The notes under the pieces: generated by a model | The model's input: the letters and a program-made list of their open reading frames with translations, nothing else | Databases searched by the model: none | Told to the model about the DNA's origin: nothing | Part shown: piece after piece, positions 25,599-32,000 of the stretch | Numbering within the stretch: the first letter of the stretch is position 1 | How the letters are laid out: each line of letters begins with the position of its first letter | Program-made: the position numbers and the translations under genes | DNA from: Fibrobacter succinogenes subsp. succinogenes S85 | GTDB taxonomy: Bacteria > Fibrobacterota > Fibrobacteria > Fibrobacterales > Fibrobacteraceae | Reading direction: 5' to 3' | Length of the DNA: 32,000 nucleotides | NCBI RefSeq assembly: GCF_000146505.1 | Contig: NC_017448.1 | Coordinates: forward strand, 30,001 to 62,000

Positions 25599-25603
25599 AA
25601 AAA

Positions 25604-26521
25604 ATGAAAAGCTTGACCCCTGTACGTACTGCGCGTTTGGTTGCATCACTGATTGCAATCCTTGGAATGTTCTTCTTTGCTGCCGAACGTGTGCTTGCGA
25701 AAGTCTGCGTTATGGCAAAAGACGGCGTGCAGATGGGGCTCAACCGTTATTCCAATTCGTTCACGGGGCGCTTTGCTGCCGAGAATTTCTCGGATGACAA
25801 AAAGCTCTTGGATGTTCTCCGTCAGGCGAATGAGCTTTTCCCGATTGCAGAGAAAGTCTCGCTTGCCTTGTTCATTATTTGCTTGATTCTCTTTATCGTG
25901 GCTGCTTTTGGAATTGCGTTCCCGAAGCAGTTCTGCCATGTACTTGTGGCGATGAAGCTCCTCAAGTGGCAAGACGGGATTGTTTTGCAGGATATGAAAC
26001 TCTCGGGAACTCCGTCAGAGGGGCCTAGCGTTTCTGATAAACTTAAGGAACTTTGCGGAAAAATTGCCGCTGCTGCGAAAAAAGTTCAGCCGAAGTACTG
26101 GATTTTTATCGGTTGCTCGCTCGTATTTGTGCTGGTTCTCGTCTTTGGCGTGCGCGGTTGCTCGGCTCCGAGCGTTTTCGGTGGCTCGCAGGCTGTGACC
26201 GATGATTTGAACGGACAGACTTTGTACTATATCCAGGCACAAAAGTCGTTCTTTGCAAAGACGAATAAGGTGGGCGGGCCGAAATCCCTCCAGATGCCGG
26301 ATTCTTTAGTGTCTGACTACTTTACGTATCGCATTACGGGCGGTAAGTTTACGGCGACTTTGAACAAGAATGTCAAGGATTGCCCTGCCGGTACCCGCTG
26401 GTCGGTGAGTGCGGCCACCAAGGGAATTTTCACCTTGGATCTAGTGCTTTATCGCTCTGCGCCAAAAGACACCAATTGCGTGTTCATTTCGCCTGATTTT
26501 AAAAATCTCGGAAGAAAGTAA
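25604..26521 (+). CDS. Hypothetical three-TM membrane protein with a C-terminal extracytoplasmic domain (possibly pilin-like)
   Basis: SD AGGAG lies 5 nt before the ATG. Hydrophobic helices at about residues 10-30, 85-105 and 165-185. The C-terminal roughly 110 aa contain two Cys and a pilin-like string (YYIQAQKSFFAK...YFTY...F.A). Confidence 0.6.
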   Translation: MKSLTPVRTARLVASLIAILGMFFFAAERVLAKVCVMAKDGVQMGLNRYSNSFTGRFAAENFSDDKKLLDVLRQANELFPIAEKVSLALFIICLILFIVAAFGIAFPKQFCHVLVAMKLLKWQDGIVLQDMKLSGTPSEGPSVSDKLKELCGKIAAAAKKVQPKYWIFIGCSLVFVLVLVFGVRGCSAPSVFGGSQAVTDDLNGQTLYYIQAQKSFFAKTNKVGGPKSLQMPDSLVSDYFTYRITGGKFTATLNKNVKDCPAGTRWSVSAATKGIFTLDLVLYRSAPKDTNCVFISPDFKNLGRK

Positions 26522-26635
26522 TCTCATACGGGTTGTCCCTAGACAACAATTTGCTAGTTGATTCTTGCGCTTGAGGGGGCGAGAATATATATTAGTAATA
26601 CCTAGAATGTTCTAGGGTTGTTTATGGGTGGTGGT

Positions 26636-28957
26636 ATGAAATTTACGCAGATAGTCTGTGCTATGGCGGTGGCGTCGTTTGCCGACGTGACGTGGGTCCC
26701 GCAGTGTGAAGATAACGGCTTTACGCTAATCCGTTCTTCGGAACATTTTGAAGTTTGCAAAAAGCCAAAGACCGACGATGGTGCGGCGAATAATGTTTCA
26801 ATCTCGACTTCTGATGCCGAGGGTGTGCTCCAGTCGCTAGAAAAGGTGTATTCGTTCTACATCGATTCGCTCGGCTGGATGTTGCCGTTCCCGAAAAGTT
26901 CGGATAAAAAGCTCAAAAGCAATATTTATGTGTTTGAAACATTGCCGTCCTTGTACGGTGGTCAGGATTATGTGAAGGCTTTGAATGGCGAGTATGGGCC
27001 TGGCATGTGGATTGGAGTCGCTTCGCTCAAGGATTATTGGGGGACTTCGCACGAGTTCGCGCATGGTTTGCAAGGCGTGGCCGGTTGGCTCGGGAACAAC
27101 AGTCATTCGGGTTGGATGGCGGAATCGCATGCGAACTGGATGGCGCATCAGTACAATCCGAATGATGCTCATTGCTCGGAATATCTGATTAACTTTCCGT
27201 ACTTGTATTATGGCTCCACGCGAGACCGCTATTGCAATTGGCAGTTCCTGGAACATTTGAAAGAAGAATTTGGTGGCGGCAATAAAGGCGCGCACGAGGT
27301 CAATCGCATCTGGATGGAATCGATTCGTGATGGCGAAGACGGTCGTATGGAGCAGACTCCGTTTAGTGCGATGATGATGGTTTACGGCTGGACGTTGGAA
27401 CAGCTGAATGATCAGTTCGGCAAGTTCGCGATGAAGAATGCAACGGTGGAGTACGCTCCTGCCAAGAAAACTTTGTACAAAAAGTCCTGGGGCGATTACG
27501 AATTTGCGACTCGTCGAACGCACGATGGCTGGGGAGACTTGTATCGCAGACATTCTCGCGTGACCATGCTGAACAAGATGAAATGCGAAAGTTCCGAGAA
27601 TTCGGATGGGAATGTCGCGGCCGAGAAATGCGCGGACCGTTACATTTCGCCGATCTACTGGGCTCCGCAGCGCTGGGGCTATAACTTGGTGCGAATTTAT
27701 CCGGATTCGGCAGGGAAGGTGACGGTCAAGTTCCGTGGAATTGTGCAGGAAAAGCCGACGGTTAATGGTTACACTTGCTTTGGCGATAACACAGACTATT
27801 ACAAGGGCAAAACTTATAAATGGTGCAATTACGCACCGGACAAATTGCCTGATCCTGCATCGGGTTGGACGGTTGGCTTGGTTGCGGAAGGTGCAGATGG
27901 CACGCCACGTTACAGCGAAATGAAGCATGGCTCAGGTTTCAATCTTGAAATCGAAACGAAGGCGAATGATAAGGCTTTGTGGCTTGCGGTGACGGCGACT
28001 CCGACGGAAATGCAGACGATTCTTTGGGACCAGTTCTACTACAGCATTTATCGCTATCCGTACATGATTGAAGTTGTGAACGGCGAGCCTGAAGGTTATA
28101 CGAAAGATTTCTGGAAGCCTGCTGGATTTAATGGAACGACTGCTTCGGGATATGCGCAACATAGCAATGGCGGTGGCTGGGTCAGCAGTAAGGCGAAGGT
28201 TGCTGCTACGGCTTATGTGGGACCTGATGCGGTTGTGAATGGCGGTACTGTTTCGGGGAATGCCCGCATTGAAGATTTTGCCGTCGTGAATGGCGGAACC
28301 ATTAGCGGTAACGCCGTGGTGCGCGGGCGTGCTCTTGTGACTGCAGGCTCAATTGGCGATGACGCCGTGCTTGAAGACGATGCTTGGCTTGTAAGCGGAA
28401 CGATTAGCGGTAAGGCTAAAGTCGGAGCACTTTCGATCATCGTGAACAGTACCGTGACGGACAACGCTCAAGTCTACGGCGTGATGTGGGCTGTCAGCGG
28501 CAAGAAGTTGAGCGGAACAGCACAATTGCGTGGCGACCTCGAAAACAATTTTGACAAGGAAATTACGAAAGGTGTATTCTACGGCATGGTCAATACCGAT
28601 ATGCTCACCAATGCAAAGTTTGGCGCAAGCCTCACGACGCCCCCGACGGATGCGACTGCAAGCATTGAAAAAGCCAAATGGTATGCGATTGCGGATGATT
28701 CCACGCAGACAGATCCTGGGCCAACGGGTATTGTTTCTAGGGTGGCTGCGCTACAGTTGAGTGGTGTGAATGAAAACTTTGATGTGTTTGATTTGAACGG
28801 GAAACATCTCGGTTTTGCGAAAGTAACACCCTCTGAATGGAATGCGCTTGGCCACAAATCTTTACAAAAAACGCTTAGTGCATCAGGATTCAACGCTGGA
28901 ATGTATATTGTTCGTGCAAAACGTTCGCACCGCCTGGTTCGTGTAAACGTGCGTTAA
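26636..28957 (+). CDS. Secreted multidomain protein: HExxH-containing N-terminal domain, left-handed beta-helix-like repeat region, C-terminal sorting-type domain
   Basis: Signal peptide MKFTQIVCAMAVASFA. HEFAH within TSHEFAHGLQG. Repeated G-[TS]-[IV]-SG-[NK]-A units span about 28200-28520. The C-terminus FDVFDLNGKHLG...GMYIVRAK..LVRVNVR resembles a T9SS CTD or the Fibrobacter basic terminal domain. The start could also be 26618 (TTG) or 26624 (ATG). Confidence 0.7.
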   Translation: MKFTQIVCAMAVASFADVTWVPQCEDNGFTLIRSSEHFEVCKKPKTDDGAANNVSISTSDAEGVLQSLEKVYSFYIDSLGWMLPFPKSSDKKLKSNIYVFETLPSLYGGQDYVKALNGEYGPGMWIGVASLKDYWGTSHEFAHGLQGVAGWLGNNSHSGWMAESHANWMAHQYNPNDAHCSEYLINFPYLYYGSTRDRYCNWQFLEHLKEEFGGGNKGAHEVNRIWMESIRDGEDGRMEQTPFSAMMMVYGWTLEQLNDQFGKFAMKNATVEYAPAKKTLYKKSWGDYEFATRRTHDGWGDLYRRHSRVTMLNKMKCESSENSDGNVAAEKCADRYISPIYWAPQRWGYNLVRIYPDSAGKVTVKFRGIVQEKPTVNGYTCFGDNTDYYKGKTYKWCNYAPDKLPDPASGWTVGLVAEGADGTPRYSEMKHGSGFNLEIETKANDKALWLAVTATPTEMQTILWDQFYYSIYRYPYMIEVVNGEPEGYTKDFWKPAGFNGTTASGYAQHSNGGGWVSSKAKVAATAYVGPDAVVNGGTVSGNARIEDFAVVNGGTISGNAVVRGRALVTAGSIGDDAVLEDDAWLVSGTISGKAKVGALSIIVNSTVTDNAQVYGVMWAVSGKKLSGTAQLRGDLENNFDKEITKGVFYGMVNTDMLTNAKFGASLTTPPTDATASIEKAKWYAIADDSTQTDPGPTGIVSRVAALQLSGVNENFDVFDLNGKHLGFAKVTPSEWNALGHKSLQKTLSASGFNAGMYIVRAKRSHRLVRVNVR

Positions 28958-28990
28958 CGTCTTGTCGTTTTGGCAATAAAATAAATTTGA

Positions 28991-29016
28991 GAAACCTCGA
29001 AATGGGGTTTCTTTTT
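28991..29016 (+). terminator. Intrinsic terminator
   Basis: The stem gaaacc/ggtttc (28991-28996 with 29006-29011) is followed by TTTTT. Confidence 0.6.
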
Positions 29017-29054
29017 GGTTATAATAATATTGGTTGGATATTTATGGAGTAAAA

Positions 29055-30080
29055 ATGGTTAAAAAGTTTTTGTTTTCGCTTGCTGTTTTGGGAGTGGCGT
29101 CTTTTGCTCAGGACCCGAACTTGCATATTTACCTCGCTTATGGGCAGTCCAATATGTCGGGGCAGGCGACCATTACGGATACGGACCGTCAAACGAATCC
29201 GCGTTTCTTGGTGTTACGTGCTGGGAATCATTCCAACCAGAAAGTTGGTGAATTTTATCCGGCGGCACCTCCCATGGGTCATAGCGGTTCCAAGGTAGGC
29301 ATTGTCGATTTCTTTGGTCGCAAAATGATTAAGGAACTCCCGGATAGCATCACGGTGGCTGTTGCTAATGTGGCGATTGGCGGGCAGAGCATTGATCTAT
29401 TCGATAAGGACCGTAATGCAGCTTATGTGCAGAATGCCAAGAACAAAAACGATACTTGGTGGATTCAGTATCTGAATGAATATGGTGGTGATGTTCATAA
29501 GCGCATTGTTGAAATGGGAAAAATTGCAAAGCAGAAAGGTGTGATTAAGGGATTCCTTTTCCACCAGGGCGAAGCGGATTACCAGATGAAGGACTGGCCC
29601 GAACGCGTCAAGAAGGTTTATGACCAGTTCATTGAAGAACTGGAGCTAGACCCGGAAAAGACTCCGATTTTGCTTGGGGAACTTGCGCCTACGGGCGATT
29701 TGGGTTGGCGAAACGATGCCGTGAAAGAGGCGGCTGACTTGATCCCGAACGGCTATGTGATTTCGGCTCAGGGTTGCCCTGCAATCAAGGAACCGAACTA
29801 TACGCTCCATTTCACTCGTGATGGCTACCAGACTTTGGGCGAACGCTATGCTGAAAAAATGCTTGAATTGCTCAAGGCTCAGGAACCTGCTCCAGATACG
29901 AGCAAGAAGGATTCTGTGGCTACGGATAGTACTAGCTCCATTCATAACTTGTCGGTTGTTCGTGTGGTTGAATCGCATATGCCGAGATTATTCTATGATG
30001 TTCGCGAACATAGTTTGTTTGTGCGATTCAAGAAAAACGGAGTTGAATATCGCTATCATTTGACTGGGCGAAAACAGTAG
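29055..30080 (+). CDS. Secreted SASA/CE6-type carbohydrate O-acetylesterase (acetyl xylan or sialate O-acetylesterase family)
   Basis: Signal peptide MVKKFLFSLAVLGVASFA. GQSNMSG catalytic-serine motif, FHQGEAD, HFTRDGY. A basic C-terminal tail. GGAG precedes the ATG at 29055. Confidence 0.75.
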   Translation: MVKKFLFSLAVLGVASFAQDPNLHIYLAYGQSNMSGQATITDTDRQTNPRFLVLRAGNHSNQKVGEFYPAAPPMGHSGSKVGIVDFFGRKMIKELPDSITVAVANVAIGGQSIDLFDKDRNAAYVQNAKNKNDTWWIQYLNEYGGDVHKRIVEMGKIAKQKGVIKGFLFHQGEADYQMKDWPERVKKVYDQFIEELELDPEKTPILLGELAPTGDLGWRNDAVKEAADLIPNGYVISAQGCPAIKEPNYTLHFTRDGYQTLGERYAEKMLELLKAQEPAPDTSKKDSVATDSTSSIHNLSVVRVVESHMPRLFYDVREHSLFVRFKKNGVEYRYHLTGRKQ

Positions 30081-30103
30081 AATTGGAGCTGTCTGGAGTT
30101 TTT

Positions 30104-30128
30104 AAAGTGGGCTTATGCCCACTTTTTT
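30104..30128 (+). terminator. Intrinsic terminator of the esterase gene
   Basis: The stem aaagtgggc/gcccacttt has the loop ttat and is followed by TTT. Confidence 0.7.
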
Positions 30129-30142
30129 GCTAAATTATTCAT

Positions 30143-32000
30143 GTGAACTCTATACGCTTTTTTAAACTATATCTTTTGGCTGTCTTGGCTGTGTTCCTCG
30201 TTGCCTGTTCCGATGACGATGATGGGGCCGAATTCATGTTTGATAGGGAAATTTCCGAAGTATCCGTTCTTTATGAATGCGATTCGGATACGGCAAGCGA
30301 ACCTTGCTTTAAAATCAGGTACCGCTATCCGTATCGTCTTGACGATTATGCGGGTCTGTGCCTTTGGTTCGATACGACAATTGTTAACGACACTTCTAAG
30401 GCGGTAAGCGATAAGCAGATTCGGCTTGCTCACGATACCACAAATGAGGAAACTTATTTCCACGAGTACAAGAAGTCGGGCCGTTATTACGACACAATTG
30501 ATGTGTCTAAAATGGTTGCGCCGTATATCAAAGATGGTTATGATTCTCTTCAGGTTGCGATGTTTAGTGAATATACTGATGGTGGCGACCCTGGTGCCGT
30601 GCAACGTGCAGTGCTTCGCTTTAAGGATAATGAGCCTCCTTCTGTCGTTGTGCCAGAAGACTCTGTTTGGTCTAAAGGTGTGATGCTTTCTTGGGATCGT
30701 CCAATAGACCAGACCAATTTGCAGGGGGTCGGGAACGGCAAAATCTTAGGTTATAATATTGTCATTTATGCGATTGATCGTCCGGATGAGGATATTCGCG
30801 ATTTGAAGGTTTCTTTGCAAACTCCGGCTGGCCTTGACTACACGGGGGGCAAGTACTATAAGCGCAGCGCTCAGATAGTCCGTAATACGGACTCCGTCTA
30901 TATTCAAGAAATAAAGTCTAGCGATAAGGATAAAAACTATCTGCGCTTGGTCGTTCTGGATGGTGGGGCTTACGATAGCAAGAATCCTTCGAATAACCAC
31001 TTCCGCATGTTTATCGAAGGCCTCCGTACGCGTTCCAATACTGAAGATTACGAGTACAAGGTGGGATTCTCGTCTTGGGATATCGTCGGCAATCGTAGTG
31101 GCTCGCAGGGCGATACCAAGGTCAGTCCCAAAGACTGGCGTGGATTCATGACAACGGATTCCATTGCTCCTCTGATGTCTAGAAAAATTTTCACAGAAGA
31201 GGATTCGCTTTTCCCGGGCTATGCAAAGCTTGATAGCAACAACAGAGTCCGCATTTTCTGGAGCCGTAGTGTAGACCCGCTCCAGTTCAAACATGGAATT
31301 GAAGTTGATTCCGAATTGGTCATTCCGAGAGGCTGCAACATTCATGAATGTTACAGGGCTGTGACTAGTTATACCGTTGAGTATTATAATAAGCTGGACA
31401 AATCCTGGAACCTGTATCAAGATAACGAGAATATTGCTGGAACCCGCTATATTAAGGGTAAAGATGGTAGCTTCAGTGTCGATGCCTTAGATACGGCTAG
31501 TTTTGTGGGCTATACCATTCGCAGGGTTGCTCCTGGTGATACGCTGATTTTGCGCATCCTTTCTGTTGACAGTTCGGGCTATAAATCAAAGGTTTTGCAG
31601 GATTCAATTTTAGTTTCACCGGGGACTCTCGCGTCGGAACTCCAGTGTCCAGAAGGCTATGTCGCTGTTTCCACGTCTGATACGACTTCGTTCTGCATGG
31701 AACGGTTTGAGCATCGTGATGCAAAAGGCAATTTCATGACAAACGTTCTGCATTCTGAAGCTATGGCTGCTTGCGAGGCTGTCTCTGCGAGCGGTTTTGA
31801 AGTGTCGCTTTGTCGTGAACGCGATTGGGAGCTCGTATGCCTGTCGGGAGGGTCTTTGTCTTATGGTGTTATCGAAGAGGAAGATTCACAGGCTTCGGAC
31901 TACTTGTTCTCTGTATGCAATGTGAGTACAAACGATTCTGCAAGTGCCGCTAATATTGCAAAACGCGATCCGCACTGCATGAACCCGATGGGTGTTCATG
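30143..32000 (+). CDS. Large lipoprotein (partial; runs off the window end) with Ig/FN3-like middle region and the start of a C-terminal FGE/SUMF1-type domain
   Basis: This ORF is not in the supplied track. My manual translation in frame 2, from the GTG at 30143 (the first start after the in-frame TAA at 30131), is open to position 32000. N-terminus MNSIRFFKLYLLAVLAVFLVAC|SDD has a lipobox. Near the end, CPEGYVAVS..FCMERFEH...LCRERDWELVC matches the FGE-domain opening seen in the 8-1234 protein. Confidence 0.7.
   Translation, partial: MNSIRFFKLYLLAVLAVFLVACSDDDDGAEFMFDREISEVSVLYECDSDTASEPCFKIRYRYPYRLDDYAGLCLWFDTTIVNDTSKAVSDKQIRLAHDTTNEETYFHEYKKSGRYYDTIDVSKMVAPYIKDGYDSLQVAMFSEYTDGGDPGAVQRAVLRFKDNEPPSVVVPEDSVWSKGVMLSWDRPIDQTNLQGVGNGKILGYNIVIYAIDRPDEDIRDLKVSLQTPAGLDYTGGKYYKRSAQIVRNTDSVYIQEIKSSDKDKNYLRLVVLDGGAYDSKNPSNNHFRMFIEGLRTRSNTEDYEYKVGFSSWDIVGNRSGSQGDTKVSPKDWRGFMTTDSIAPLMSRKIFTEEDSLFPGYAKLDSNNRVRIFWSRSVDPLQFKHGIEVDSELVIPRGCNIHECYRAVTSYTVEYYNKLDKSWNLYQDNENIAGTRYIKGKDGSFSVDALDTASFVGYTIRRVAPGDTLILRILSVDSSGYKSKVLQDSILVSPGTLASELQCPEGYVAVSTSDTTSFCMERFEHRDAKGNFMTNVLHSEAMAACEAVSASGFEVSLCRERDWELVCLSGGSLSYGVIEEEDSQASDYLFSVCNVSTNDSASAANIAKRDPHCMNPMGVH

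Noticed and set aside
30167-31420. Minus-strand ORFs 30167-30604, 30550-30741 and 30746-31420 listed in the track.
   Set aside because: They are antisense to the long unlisted plus-strand ORF, which has a proper lipoprotein signal and an FGE-like domain. Their products have no signals or motifs.

Overview
This window looks like chromosomal DNA from a Fibrobacter-like (FCB-group) bacterium. That attribution is an inference from gene content, paralogous FGE-domain proteins and characteristic short repeats; no search was run.

Minus-strand housekeeping genes:
- A tightly packed tilS-ftsH-folP-cdaA operon, followed by a translationally coupled membrane/coiled-coil/FGE-domain gene.
- metK.
- A lipoprotein-phoH-pgpH (7TM-HD) operon.
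- A tRNA cluster (Asp, Val, Asp) with a small membrane-protein gene embedded in it.

Plus-strand genes:
- A NIF3-family gene.
- A four-gene envelope cluster: M23 peptidase, lamin-tail-domain protein and two putative outer-membrane proteins.
- A frameshifted Xaa-Pro aminopeptidase.
- A 1141-aa LplT-PlsC-Aas triple fusion.
- A run of secreted or membrane proteins, ending in a long lipoprotein ORF (30143 to the window end) that is missing from the supplied ORF track.

A visibly AT-rich islet (about 6.26-10.0 kb) between tilS and metK carries an AbiEi/AbiEii type IV toxin-antitoxin pair and several small ORFs.

Most notable observations:
1. A strongly SD-led small basic ORF has an intrinsic terminator inside the ORF, well before its stop codon. 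This is the architecture of ArfA/BrfA-type ribosome rescue factors.
2. Heptad-repeat plus GTCAT-palindrome elements are inserted in frame three times in the essential tilS gene.
3. A 110-nt intergenic element is built from two GCGGC-N3-GCCGC mini-hairpins and two mutually complementary heptad arrays. Its G-U pairs work only in the plus-strand RNA, and its base overlaps the downstream SD.
4. cdaA is coupled to a non-CdaR membrane protein.

All homology statements rest on motif recognition by eye. No database search, GC calculation or folding calculation was run.
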